A stretch of 64,000 bases of DNA from Planctomycetota bacterium (GTDB lineage: Bacteria; Planctomycetota; JAJSAM01; JAJVHW01), in NCBI GenBank assembly GCA_965248445.1, contig CBDFJG010000002.1, positions 834,528-898,527 on the forward strand, given 5' to 3'. Both the position numbers and the translations under genes were made by a program. This document shows, in pieces, positions 10,178-20,632 of this stretch. Numbering within the stretch: position 1 is the first letter of the stretch; each line of letters begins with the position of its first letter. The notes below the pieces were generated by a model. That model searched no databases and was not told the origin of the DNA. It saw only the letters and a list, made by a program, of their open reading frames with translations.

Positions 10178-11625
10178 GCCGCGCTCCCCGCGGGCCAGAG
10201 TCCGGCGACAGCGTCCTGCAGTTCAACGTCAGTGGCGGGCTCCGAGAGATCCACGTGAACCACGGTCAGGCCGACGTCCTGCACAACGCGCGTCCACGTG
10301 ACCCGCCGTTCGCCGAGTCGGCGCTCCGCGTCGTCTCCCCCGCCGAGTCGGTCGCGGTAGGGGGAGCCGTCCACGAGCACGAGCAGAGGCGCGTGCTCGT
10401 CCGCCCGGTCGCGGAGTCGCTGGAGGAATGCGCCATGCACCTCCTGCTCGGGAGTCTGAGCGAGATTCATGACGGCGACGACGGCCGCGCCCTCACTCAC
10501 CTCCGGCGGGTCTTCGCCGTACGGGACAGGCGGTGACGTGGACGAGACCGCCCGGCCGCCGAACACGTCGCGCAGGAGCCCCGCCAATCGGTCGCGGGCA
10601 CGCGCCTCCGGCGTGTGGCTGTACGGCAGGACCTGCACGTGGACCGATTGACCGCGTCCGCCCGCGAGGAGCCGCCGGTAGTACGGCTCCGAGAGGTCGA
10701 GCGGCAGGTCCCTGATCAACTGGTCGCCGCGGCGTGACGCGAGCCACGCGAGAATCGCCCGCGGCACGATGACCCAGACCACTGCGGAGATCGCGTACAG
10801 GTGCGCCCAGCGAGCGGCCGGTGCACCGGCGAACCCTGGTCGCATCCGCAGCGGCTCGATCGGAGCCACGTCGCCGTCGAGCACGGCCAGTCCCGGCGCC
10901 AGCACGACGCGCAGCAGCGCCTCGACCTGACCGGCGTCGAGGAACGTGCTCTCCCACACGACGACGAACTCGTGCGCGAGGCCGCGCAGGTACATCGACC
11001 CGATCGCCCCGAGCATCAGCAGCAGAGCGCCGGCGTGCAGCGTCCGCTCGGCCCGCGAAGTGAGCAGCGGCGCGGCGGCGCGCATCCAGTGCCCGGCATA
11101 GCGACGGAAGGCGTCGGCCGTGACTGCCGCCCGACCGTCGGGTGCTCCTCCGACGCGATTGGCGGCCGCGCGCACGGCTCGGGACGCTCCTCCGACCAGC
11201 AGACCCCGCACGGCGTCCACAGGTCCGCGCACGAGCCCCGTCTTGCGCAACGCGAGGAGCACGTAGATCGCGACGTTCAGCACGATCAGCAGGAGGATCG
11301 GCGCCTGCAGGAGGTGGACGAACCGGCCGCGGCCCAGCGCGGCCGTCGCGAGGCCGAGCACGAGCGCTCCCACCAGCAAGGCGCCCCGCCACGGGACGTC
11401 CGTCACGCCGAGGGAAATGGCCCGCTCGACGCCGAGCACGCGGGACGCGGTCCGTTCGAGCAGTGCCTCGGCCCGCTGGGCGAGGAGGTGCTGGCCGGAA
11501 CCGCTGCGCGCCTCCGCGGCACGCGTCGTCTCGGCACGTTCGCGGGACGACAGGACCGCGCCCTGCCCGTCGGCCTCCTCGAAGGCCCGGGCGAGCAGGA
11601 CGGCACGGACCTCTTGCGCTCTCAT
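10174..11625 (-). CDS. DUF2868-type multi-pass membrane protein, translationally coupled to the GTPase
   Basis: Several TM segments, conserved-looking WESTFL and LAQTPEQEVHG motifs; 4-bp overlap with the GTPase start. Confidence 0.75.
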   Translation of the reverse strand: MRAQEVRAVLLARAFEEADGQGAVLSSRERAETTRAAEARSGSGQHLLAQRAEALLERTASRVLGVERAISLGVTDVPWRGALLVGALVLGLATAALGRGRFVHLLQAPILLLIVLNVAIYVLLALRKTGLVRGPVDAVRGLLVGGASRAVRAAANRVGGAPDGRAAVTADAFRRYAGHWMRAAAPLLTSRAERTLHAGALLLMLGAIGSMYLRGLAHEFVVVWESTFLDAGQVEALLRVVLAPGLAVLDGDVAPIEPLRMRPGFAGAPAARWAHLYAISAVVWVIVPRAILAWLASRRGDQLIRDLPLDLSEPYYRRLLAGGRGQSVHVQVLPYSHTPEARARDRLAGLLRDVFGGRAVSSTSPPVPYGEDPPEVSEGAAVVAVMNLAQTPEQEVHGAFLQRLRDRADEHAPLLVLVDGSPYRDRLGGGDDAERRLGERRVTWTRVVQDVGLTVVHVDLSEPATDVELQDAVAGLWPAGSAA

Positions 11626-11758
11626 GGGCCGAGCATCCTACCGGCGCCCCACCCGCCTGGGACTGTCGCCAGGAGGGGGCCTGCCCCGTTACATTCCCGG
11701 TCCGCAAAAGGCCATCGGGTGCCGTCCGGCCGAGGCGTATGCGCGGAAGGAGAAGCCC

Positions 11759-13003
11759 ATGGCGCTGCCGCCTGCGGATCGATTGCACCGTGAACTCGAC
11801 GAGGTCGACCCCCAGGTCGCCCGGATCCTGGACGCCGAGCGCAATCGCCAGGGCCGCGGCCTTCAGCTGATCGCCTCGGAGAACATGGTGAGCGATGCCG
11901 TGATGGCGGCCATGGGCTCGGTCTTCACGAACAAGTACGCGGAGGGCAAGCCGGGCCGCCGTTACTACGCCGGCTGCGAGCACGCGGACGAGGTCGAGCG
12001 CCTGGTGCAGGAGCGCGCGCAACGGTTGTTCCACACCGACTATCACGTCAACGCGCAGCCGCACTCCGGGACGCAGGCAAACCTCGCCGTGTACCTGGCG
12101 ATGCTGAAGCCCGGGGACCGCATCCTCGCGATGGACCTCGACCACGGCGGACACCTGTCGCACGGCTCGAGGTTCAACGCGTCGGGGAAGCTGTACGACG
12201 CCCACTTCTACGGCGTGTCACGCGAGACCGAGTGCCTCGACATGGACAACGTGCGCGAGATCGCCAAGAGCGTGCAGCCCAAGATGATCGTCTGCGGCGC
12301 GTCGGCGTATCCACGCGAAATCGACTTCGAGGCGTTCGGTTCGATCGCCCGGGATGTCGGCGCCCTGTTGCTCACGGACATGGCGCACATCGCGGGACTC
12401 ATCGCCGCGGAAGAGCACACGACGCCCTTCGGCCACGCGGACTTCGTCACGACGACGACGCACAAGACGCTGCGCGGGCCGCGCGGCGGACTCGTGTTCT
12501 GCCGCGGGGAATTCCGCAAGAAGGCCGATTCGTCCGTCTTCCCCGGCACGCAGGGCGGCCCGCTGATGCACCAGGTCGCCGGCAAGGCGGTGGCGCTCGC
12601 CGAGGCCCTGGAGCCGGGATTCCGCGAGTACCAGCGGGCGGTCAAGGCGAACGCCTGCGTGCTCGCCGAGCGCCTGACGGAGCGCGGCTACCGGATCGTG
12701 AGCGGCGGCACGGACAACCACATGGTGCTCGTGGACCTGGGCGACAAGATGACCGGTGCCGAGGCCGAGGAGGCCCTGCACCACCATCACATCGAGGTGA
12801 ACAAGAACCTCATCCCGTTCGACACGCTCTCTTCGGCGAAGACGAGCGGCATCCGGATCGGCACTCCCGCCATGACGTCCCGCGGCCTCGGGACGGACGC
12901 GTTCCATGCCATCGCAGATCTGATCGCGGACATCCTCGAGGGCAAGAACGACGACGCGGACGCCCGCGTCGAGGCGTTCACCGCAGCAACGTCCGCCGTC
13001 TAG
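11759..13003 (+). CDS. glyA: Serine hydroxymethyltransferase
   Basis: LIASEN, NKYAEG..RYYAGC, NAQPHSG, GGHLSHG, DMAHIAGL, PLP-lysine motif TTTTHKTLRGPRGG, GGTDNH and SGIRIGTPA; AAGGAG RBS before ATG 11759. Confidence 0.98.
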   Translation: MALPPADRLHRELDEVDPQVARILDAERNRQGRGLQLIASENMVSDAVMAAMGSVFTNKYAEGKPGRRYYAGCEHADEVERLVQERAQRLFHTDYHVNAQPHSGTQANLAVYLAMLKPGDRILAMDLDHGGHLSHGSRFNASGKLYDAHFYGVSRETECLDMDNVREIAKSVQPKMIVCGASAYPREIDFEAFGSIARDVGALLLTDMAHIAGLIAAEEHTTPFGHADFVTTTTHKTLRGPRGGLVFCRGEFRKKADSSVFPGTQGGPLMHQVAGKAVALAEALEPGFREYQRAVKANACVLAERLTERGYRIVSGGTDNHMVLVDLGDKMTGAEAEEALHHHHIEVNKNLIPFDTLSSAKTSGIRIGTPAMTSRGLGTDAFHAIADLIADILEGKNDDADARVEAFTAATSAV

Positions 13004-13015
13004 TCGCCGGCGGCC

Positions 13016-14635
13016 TCAGCGGCGCCGCACCGGCACCGGTTCGACGTGCACCTCGACGGTGTCGACCCCCGCGATCCGCACGCCCCGGCGGAGCAGGGGT
13101 TCGAATCCGGGGATCGCCACGTGGATGTCGTAGACCCCCGGCTCGGCGACGAAGAAACCGAACCAGTCACGCGGGGGGATGCCCCGCCCCTCCACAGTCT
13201 GGATCGCCGTCGCCGCACCGGACGTGCGCACTTCGACGGCCACCGACCAGGACCATCTCGGGGAGACCGCCGTCTTGGGTGGCCACTTCGCGATCAGCCG
13301 CACGGGTACCTGCGGTCTCAGAAGAAAGCGCAATCCGGTCTGTCCGGCGACGACCTGGTGCTTCACGGTCGCGACAGGGCTCCGCAAACTGCGCTGAAGG
13401 GGCTTCAAGAGCAGTGTGTGCGTGCCCGCCCCAACCTGCTCGAACTCGAACGCGCCGTCGACATCGGTGACCGCAACGGTGACCGATTGGTCGAGTCCCG
13501 GCGGCACGAGGCCCACCTGCACTCCCCACACGGGCTCGCTATCCGCTCCGACGATCACGCCGCTGACCGGCTCGCCGCCCGTCAGGACGATGTCCCCGAC
13601 GTCCACGACGCCCTGCTCGATAGGCACCGTGAGTTCGGAGACGAGCGCAGCGTGTGCCGGCGGTACGAGGATCAGTCGCTCGTTTCCGCGCCGCCCGAAG
13701 CGCCCGGAAAACCGTCCGTCCGCATCGGTGTTCGCGATCTGCCGCTGCCCTTCACGAACGAAGACGTCTACGCGCGGCACCGGCTTGCCGTGTGCGTCGA
13801 CGCAGCGGCCGACGAGGAGCCACTCCATCAGGCGCAAGTCGAGGCGGGTCCCGGACGCGATCTCGGCCCGCCCGTACTCGAACACGGCTCGCGAGCGGTC
13901 CTCGGCATCGACGGTCACCACGACGCGCCCGATCATCTCGCGAGGAGCTCCGGCGATCAGAAATGCTCCTTGTGAGTCCGCCTCGCCGACGACGCCGATC
14001 TCCCACTCCTCCTTGTCGTCGTACATCTCGAACGAGAGGCTCGCGCCGGGCAGTCGCGACCCGTCCACGTCGAACACCACGCCTGTGATGTCGATCGCCG
14101 GCGCGAGCCGCAACCGCGTCACGTCACCCTCGGGGCGGGGCACCTCGAGCGACTGCGGGAGCGTCGCCGCATCTCCCGACGTCGCGCGAATGTCGAACCA
14201 CCCACCCTTGCCGATGTCGAGTACCGCGATGCCGCTGTCGTCCGTGCGGGCCGACCACCGCCACCGTTCGTCGTTCAGCGGGTACGCGGGATTGGAGGGC
14301 CGAACATCCACCTCTGCACCGGCGACCGGCGCTCCGTCCAGCGTGACCCCGACGCGCACTTCGTAGTAATGCTCGCTTCGCGGCGCTGGGGCGGCGCCGC
14401 GATCGAACTTGGGCGGCGAGGCCGTTGCGCCGGGAGCTACGCGGACGCGCTTCGGGGGGCGCGCCGTGTCCGGCTCGTCCCCCGGATCTTCGACCCCGGC
14501 TCCCGCCGGCTCGTCCGGGACCGGATCGACGCCGTCCGAACCGGGACTCTCGAAGACAAACAGGACAGCGAAGACGAGGAATAGGAGGAGAGCCAGGAAC
14601 AGCGCCAATTGCAGCGCGTTCCTGCGTTGCGACAC
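13016..14635 (-). CDS. Membrane-anchored carboxypeptidase-regulatory-like domain protein
   Basis: N-terminal TM helix; repeated GxxVDxxGxPVxxVxV...TDxDGxF units. Confidence 0.8.
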   Translation of the reverse strand: MSQRRNALQLALFLALLLFLVFAVLFVFESPGSDGVDPVPDEPAGAGVEDPGDEPDTARPPKRVRVAPGATASPPKFDRGAAPAPRSEHYYEVRVGVTLDGAPVAGAEVDVRPSNPAYPLNDERWRWSARTDDSGIAVLDIGKGGWFDIRATSGDAATLPQSLEVPRPEGDVTRLRLAPAIDITGVVFDVDGSRLPGASLSFEMYDDKEEWEIGVVGEADSQGAFLIAGAPREMIGRVVVTVDAEDRSRAVFEYGRAEIASGTRLDLRLMEWLLVGRCVDAHGKPVPRVDVFVREGQRQIANTDADGRFSGRFGRRGNERLILVPPAHAALVSELTVPIEQGVVDVGDIVLTGGEPVSGVIVGADSEPVWGVQVGLVPPGLDQSVTVAVTDVDGAFEFEQVGAGTHTLLLKPLQRSLRSPVATVKHQVVAGQTGLRFLLRPQVPVRLIAKWPPKTAVSPRWSWSVAVEVRTSGAATAIQTVEGRGIPPRDWFGFFVAEPGVYDIHVAIPGFEPLLRRGVRIAGVDTVEVHVEPVPVRRR

Positions 14636-14637
14636 CG

Positions 14638-15633
14638 TCAGCGCATCTCCACGAGGGGCAGGTCCCTGAAGTAGAAGGTCGTGTCTTCCTGGCGGTAGGA
14701 CGCCGGTACGGCGAGCGACACCGTGACGGGGAACGTCGGCGCTCCATACGATCCGTCGTCCAGCGAGTACGTACCCGCCGCACCGCCGCCGTGCCCGCCG
14801 CCGCCGCCGAGCGTCAGCAGACGAGCGTCCGCGTCGCGGACCTCGAGCGAATCAAGCACCCACTCGAAGTCGAGCTCGATCAACGGCTGCGCGTGCGACG
14901 CCAACCACGAGCGCCGTGCGCCCGGATCACTCCACGTGCTGATGCCGAGCATCCCGTCCTGCACGAACACCCGGATCGGGAACGGCCCCAGCCGGGTCTC
15001 GTGCTCGGACGCATCGAATGGCCCCGCGGTGACCGTCTCACGCGAACGGATCTCGAAGATCCGGGCGTCGATGTCGAGATCACGTAGCCCGCGCTGCCGC
15101 TCGCGGATGTCGATGCCCTGGGTGAACAGATGCCCGTGCTTGGCGTTCACGCTCCACATCTGGTCGGGGGAGAACAACTCGTATCCGTCGGTGGTGACGA
15201 AGCGGCGCACCGGCTTCATCCGCCCCAGGACGACGTCGTGCTCGCTCGGTTCGAGATGCCCCTGCACGTGCAGCGTGGCCGAGCCGTCGTCCGCGACGAC
15301 CTGACCGGTGAGGTCGATGCGCAGATGGTGTCGGCGGCTACGCGACGGCGCAACAGCCACGCCGTCTACGGGACGGACGATGCGCGACGTCTCTGTCCCC
15401 GGATCGGCCGCCGGGTGCATCTTGTCCGAGGGCGCATAGGGACGCGGTGGCGTGGGTGCCGGCTGCAGCACGACGGGCGGCGCCTTCTCGAACTCGACGA
15501 CGACGGGCCGCGGCACACGCGGCGGCATCCGTCGCGCAGGCGGAGCGGCGGGCGTCGTCTGGCACGCTCCCAGGACCAGAGGGACAGCGAGGAGGACGGC
15601 GAGAACGACGACAGTCAGGGCCCGCAGACGCAT
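14638..15633 (-). CDS. Putative lipoprotein
   Basis: Signal peptide ending LGAC (lipobox), Pro-rich linker, globular C-terminus. Confidence 0.72.
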   Translation of the reverse strand: MRLRALTVVVLAVLLAVPLVLGACQTTPAAPPARRMPPRVPRPVVVEFEKAPPVVLQPAPTPPRPYAPSDKMHPAADPGTETSRIVRPVDGVAVAPSRSRRHHLRIDLTGQVVADDGSATLHVQGHLEPSEHDVVLGRMKPVRRFVTTDGYELFSPDQMWSVNAKHGHLFTQGIDIRERQRGLRDLDIDARIFEIRSRETVTAGPFDASEHETRLGPFPIRVFVQDGMLGISTWSDPGARRSWLASHAQPLIELDFEWVLDSLEVRDADARLLTLGGGGGHGGGAAGTYSLDDGSYGAPTFPVTVSLAVPASYRQEDTTFYFRDLPLVEMR

Positions 15634-15721
15634 GCCCGCATCCTAACGCGCTTCAGACGCGCACGAAGGGCCCGGGAGCCCTCCCCTGTTCCCGCATCAG
15701 ATCAGAGGCGCCCGCATCAGA

Positions 15722-16798
15722 TCACTGGTCGATCGCGAAATCGGTCGTGTCGAACCTGTTCTTCACGTACGTGTTCGCGGACTCGGTCTGCCGCGTGGAG
15801 TCGAGATCAAGGCCCGTGTTGCCCGTGGCCGTGTTCTTCGTGAACGTGTTGCCGCCCGTCCAGACGTCGATGCCGTTGCCCGGCGTGTCCTTCACCTGGT
15901 TCTTCTCGAAGATGCCGTCCGCGCCACGGGCTCGGATGCCGTAACTCGCCGTGCCGGCGATCTTGTTCTTCGAGACGGAAGAGCGCGCCCCCTCGTCGTC
16001 GAAGCCGGCGTTGGCGCCATCGACTTTGTTCTTCGTGACGACCACGTCCTCGGATGTCGACGCGATCTGCAGGGCGCTGGCCGACGCGTTCTCGACCGTG
16101 TTCTTCGAGAACACCATGCCACCCGACGCGTACGCGCGCAGGCCCACCGCGGTGTCCGTGATGGTGTTCTTGTTGATCGCGCTTCCGGTCATGTCACTGG
16201 CGCCGAACGTCGTCACGATGCCGAACAGGCAGTTCGCCACGGAGTTCCGCTCGGCCTTGTTACCCGGGCCCGCCAGCTCGATGCCGGCGTTCCCGGCTCC
16301 GCTGATGTCGTTCTTGCTGATCTTCGTGCCGGGCAGCGTGATCCCGACGACGAAGATCCCCTTGTTGCTCTGCCCACTGACCGTGTTCCCGGAGACACTC
16401 GCGGACGACGCACCGGTTATCTGGATACCGTCGGTCCCACCCGTCACGGTGCACTTCTTCACCGACGCTCTCTCGGAGCCCGAGATCTGTACGCCCTGCG
16501 TCGAGTGATCCGTGACGGTGCAGCCCTTCAACGACACCTTCGAGCTGTTGACGACCAGGATGCCCTGGGTCGGAGCGTTGATCACGGTCACACCCTGGAT
16601 GCGGATCTTCTCGCAGTTGGTTACAGAGATCGACGCGGACGGGCCGGCGGCGTCGAACACCACTTCGCCCTTGGCCAGCACCTTCACTCTGGCGAGATCC
16701 ACCAGCGTGAGCCGCTCGTCGTAAGTGCCGGCGTTGAGGATCAGCTTGTCGCCGTCCCCGAGTTGCCTGACGGCGTCGGCGATCGGCGTGTTTCCGAG
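15722..16798 (-). pseudogene. Right-handed parallel beta-helix (NosD/pectin-lyase-like) protein, 5'-truncated by IS66 copy 2
   Basis: Repeats of GIxxxxSxxxxIxxNxI; IADAV..L.DGD.L.L..GTY opening motif; the frame runs into the IS end at 16799 with no native start. Confidence 0.8.
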
Positions 16799-18330
16799 GT
16801 ACCCGTTCAGGGTATGACGATCCGCGGCCTCAGCGCGTGATCGGGAGCGCGACGAGAGCCGGCGGCGAGCGGTTGTGCGCGAGTGCCGCGCTGACGTCTG
16901 CGAGGTAATCGAAGACGCTCTCGCCACGCTGGCGGAGCGTGGCGGTGACGGTCAGGATGCGCTCGACGAAGCGGAGTCCGCGCTCGCTCTGACTTCCGTG
17001 CGTTGCGCGTCTCCACAGGACCGGCTTGCGCACCGCGCGCTCAGCGGCGTTGTTCGTCGGGGAGACGCCAGGGACGTCGGCGAAGGTCCACAGAGCCTCC
17101 GCTCGGTCGAGCAGATGCCGAGTCGTTCCGCGTACTCGGCGGTGCTTGCTGTCTGCGCCGCGCACGAGCAGCGTCAGGAGTCGGTCCCATGTGAGACGCA
17201 GCTCACGCCGCATGCGGTCGCGGTCCCCGTGCTCGCCGAAGTGACGCTGAGCTCGCATGACAGCCTGGGCGAGACGCACGGCCTGCTTGCCGAAGCGCCG
17301 GCCGCCGCGCGAGCCCTCGGCCAGCGCTCGAAAGTCCCTCTCGAGATGCGCCCAGCAGATCTGGCGGCGCTCGGTGGGATGCTGGTCGTAAGCGCCCATA
17401 CGGTCGGTCACGAGGACGCCCCTGAAGCGCTTGCCCACGAGTCGCCGCATGGCCTTGGCGCTCCTGCGCCGATCGATACGATGGACCGTGGCGTGCTCAC
17501 AGACCGCGCTCCACAGCCAATGCAGCGTGCCACGACGCGACCACGGTGTCTCGTCTACATAGGCGACGCTGCTCGTGCGTACGGCCCCGAGGGCCTCGAT
17601 GTGCGCTGAGGAGATGGCTCCCGACACCCGCTCCTCGATCGCACTGACCGTGCCCGGTGACATCGAGACGCCGATGACGTCACGCAACAGACGACTGGTC
17701 TCGCGCCGCGACAGGCGGAAGACGCCGACCAGAGCCGCGGTGAGCGCACAGAGTCGCGGGCCGAAGGGACTCGCCGTCACACCGCTTGGCAGCGAGGCAG
17801 TGGACGTGGCGCCACAGTCCGTGCACCGTGCCCGGTGCAACCGGTGCTCGGTCACCTGGATCAGCCGTGGCGGGACCTCGAAGACCTGCTGGCGTGTCGG
17901 GGCGCGATCGATCGGGACGAGCACGTCGCTCCCACACGCGCTGCACTCGCGCGGGCGGTGGTCCTCTACGCCATCGACCTCGGACTCGTCCACGAGCTTG
18001 CGCGTCGCCCCTTTGTGGCCGGGCTGCGCACCCTGGCGCTTGTCCGACGGCGGCTTGCGCCGCCGCCGCTTCTTGGACCACGACGGATCCGAGGACGGTG
18101 GGCGCGAGGAGGTGCGGGAGTCCCGGCGAAGACGGCTCTCGAGATCGTCGATCCGTGCCGCCTGCCGCTCGATCACCTCCGCCTGCTCGGCAATCGTCTC
18201 GTCCCGAGCGTCCAGACGACGGGTCAGGCGCTCGACCAGATCACGCAGCTCATCGGTGCCCACATCCGATTCATCGACCGAACGGAAAGCGATCTGGATC
18301 CGAGCTCAGAACCAAGGGCTGAACGGGTAC
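16799..18330 (-). mobile_element. IS66-family element, copy 2 (inverted relative to copy 1), 1532 bp
   Basis: Same TIRs and length as copy 1 and an identical translated transposase; flanks tttccgag / ggctgggc show no duplication. Confidence 0.93.
16830..18263 (-). CDS. IS66-family DDE transposase, 477 aa
   Basis: Protein identical to 328..1761 in the ORF track. Confidence 0.93.
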   Translation of the reverse strand: MGTDELRDLVERLTRRLDARDETIAEQAEVIERQAARIDDLESRLRRDSRTSSRPPSSDPSWSKKRRRRKPPSDKRQGAQPGHKGATRKLVDESEVDGVEDHRPRECSACGSDVLVPIDRAPTRQQVFEVPPRLIQVTEHRLHRARCTDCGATSTASLPSGVTASPFGPRLCALTAALVGVFRLSRRETSRLLRDVIGVSMSPGTVSAIEERVSGAISSAHIEALGAVRTSSVAYVDETPWSRRGTLHWLWSAVCEHATVHRIDRRRSAKAMRRLVGKRFRGVLVTDRMGAYDQHPTERRQICWAHLERDFRALAEGSRGGRRFGKQAVRLAQAVMRAQRHFGEHGDRDRMRRELRLTWDRLLTLLVRGADSKHRRVRGTTRHLLDRAEALWTFADVPGVSPTNNAAERAVRKPVLWRRATHGSQSERGLRFVERILTVTATLRQRGESVFDYLADVSAALAHNRSPPALVALPITR

Positions 18331-19111
18331 GGCTGGGCCATGGACCATCCGGAGAAACCGCCTCCCACTTCGCAGAGATCCTCCCGTCCCTACGGCGGCA
18401 CTTCCATTGGCCGCCGTGCGCCTCAAGCGATTCGGCCACTGCCTTGGGGAGCACTCGTGCCACATGCCAGTAGGGCGAAGGCGCGGTCATGAGGAAGTCA
18501 CGTGCGCTTCGTGGGTGGCGCTTCGCGTCGATGTTGGTCTGGTGAACGCCGTTGTCCCGCCACTCCGTGTTGAGAACGTGGATCATCTCGCGGTCGGTAT
18601 AGAGCGCCCGCAGCCGAGCCGACGTATCAGTCCACCCCTCCTTCGCCTCGAGCTTCATGTCACGGGAGAACTCCACCCATCCGGACCCGGCAGAGATCTC
18701 GAAACCGTCAGGGTCTCCGCCCGCCTCCAGCGGAATCAGCGCGCGACTTGCGAGCTGCTGATCGACGAGTTCCTCCATGTCGGCCTGCTCGTCGGCCGAG
18801 GGAGGCTTGCCGATCAGTGCGTCCCAACGTGCACGGGCGCACGCCATTAGATGGGCCCGGGCAGCGTCGCGGAAGCCCGCCGGCGGCTCACGGTTCTCGA
18901 GGGAGTTCTCGAATACCGAGGTCCCATGAGGGAACCCACTCACGCCGTCGCGCAGGATCTGGGCGGCGAGAAGCGCCAAGTCGTTCTCCGACGGTTCCGG
19001 TTGCTCCTGCGCGAAGCCGACTCCGGTCATGCCGAGCAAGGAGACTGCCGCCGCCGCTACGACGCAGGCGCATCGGGCAGGAGCACCCCGCAACGCCGAC
19101 GTGAAGTTCAC
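18331..19111 (-). pseudogene. Exported protein, 3'-truncated by IS66 copy 2
   Basis: GGAG RBS and GTG at 19111, signal peptide (VVAAAAVSLLGMTGVGFA-QEQ); the frame reads into the IS at 18330. Confidence 0.62.
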
Positions 19112-19179
19112 GCGGCTCCAGCGTGGCCTCGTCAGCGGGGGACGAGACCACGCGTTGGGATTGTGGCTCACGACGCTTC

Positions 19180-20427
19180 CTAGGTGCAGTCGGGAAGCGT
19201 GTACGTCTTGACGCTGCTGCTCGGCGCGATCGAGTAGCAGCACTGATGGCCCTTCTTGGCCTTGAAGGCGGTCTGGTGCGCGCGCAGGACCAAGCCGATG
19301 GGGATGCTACACGACTGTGTCCACGTCGATACGGTGGTGGCAACCATGTTCACGGTGCTCGTGCCCACGGTGCATGTGCCATCGTCCTCACACTTGAACT
19401 GGTAGTAGAAGATGCGATCGGTCGTCGTTCCCGCGGTCCAACCGCGCGGACAGGTCACTGCCACTGACGTCTTCACGCACTTCCCGCACGCCGTGGTGGG
19501 AACTGATGCTGGCGGCTGCTGCGCCGGAACCGTCGTGGGGTAGCAGTCGTCGTCCGTCACCGTACCGGCGGGGAGTCCGGGCTCGGCGTCGAAGAGGATG
19601 CCACCGAAGCGAATGAAGCTGTTGATCGTTCCCAATGTCGACGTGGCCATCACGGTGAGGGTGGCCCTCTCGCTCGGGTACGCGAGCGCTGCGGACGGGT
19701 CGAACGCGATCAAAGCCGTGGCGCGGCTGTCCCCCGCGAGGACGGTGACCGTCGATGGCAGTGTGAGGGCGTCCAACAGCCTTGCGTCGCCCGAGAACGA
19801 CAGAGTGTACTCGAGATCGGAGGACACCACGTCGTCGAGCAGGACGGTGAGTTCCACGTCGCCGGGCGTCCGAACGCCCTCCACGATCGACTCGTCGTCC
19901 GGGACGATCGTGTGAGCCAGCATGTCGGTGTTGGCTTGGTAGACTCCGAGGTCGTCCTCCCCGAGGACGCCTGTCGTGGGGTTCACCGTCATCACGCCCG
20001 GCCGCCCTACGTAGACGTAGAACTTCTGGTCGGCATCGATGAGCGCAGGGTGGAACGACAGGGCGTTCACCATCGGGATCTTGGCGGTCACACGGGTGCC
20101 CGCGCCATACGGCTCGTAGGAAACGAGCGTCTCATCGAGGGTGTGGTAACGCGTCGAGCCCGACTCGGCCCAGGTCACGCCGCCACCGTCGAAGTCGAGC
20201 GCGTAGGCCACGACGACGTCGGTCGTGGGGGTCGCGTAGTCGGTGACGACTTCCACGTACCCGTGGCTCGCCACCGTGTCGATGAAGACCGGCGATCCAC
20301 CGTCCACGAGGGTCGTCGCCGATCCCGTCCCCGGGTTCCACGTGGCCGACTGGATGTCACCAGCAAATGCAGTAGCCGTGGACGAGGCGAGAACGCCCAA
20401 GACCAGCGGCAGCACGAATCTATTCAT
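19180..20427 (-). CDS. Secreted protein with cysteine-rich C-terminal domain
   Basis: GGAGG RBS, signal peptide MNRFVLPLVLGVLASSTATAFA; acidic beta-rich body; about 10 Cys in the last ~120 aa. Confidence 0.78.
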   Translation of the reverse strand: MNRFVLPLVLGVLASSTATAFAGDIQSATWNPGTGSATTLVDGGSPVFIDTVASHGYVEVVTDYATPTTDVVVAYALDFDGGGVTWAESGSTRYHTLDETLVSYEPYGAGTRVTAKIPMVNALSFHPALIDADQKFYVYVGRPGVMTVNPTTGVLGEDDLGVYQANTDMLAHTIVPDDESIVEGVRTPGDVELTVLLDDVVSSDLEYTLSFSGDARLLDALTLPSTVTVLAGDSRATALIAFDPSAALAYPSERATLTVMATSTLGTINSFIRFGGILFDAEPGLPAGTVTDDDCYPTTVPAQQPPASVPTTACGKCVKTSVAVTCPRGWTAGTTTDRIFYYQFKCEDDGTCTVGTSTVNMVATTVSTWTQSCSIPIGLVLRAHQTAFKAKKGHQCCYSIAPSSSVKTYTLPDCT

Positions 20428-20632
20428 CACATTTTCCTCCATGGTTTGCGAGCCCCAGTGCGGCTACCCTCTACCTGGGGCCAGAGTAGATCGACGGCCC
20501 AGGACCTGTCAACACGCTGGATCGGCGGGCGAGGCGGAACCCGCGACCTGTCAAGGCGCCGGGTAGGGCTCTTGAGGCGGCCGGACATTGCGATGAAGGG
20601 CGTGGAACTCCGCCGCGGCAGGGTGGTCGATC

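Noticed and set aside
11626..11758. ZTP or glycine riboswitch upstream of glyA
   Set aside because: The short divergent intergenic region does not show the conserved elements in the right order; an Rfam scan would be needed.
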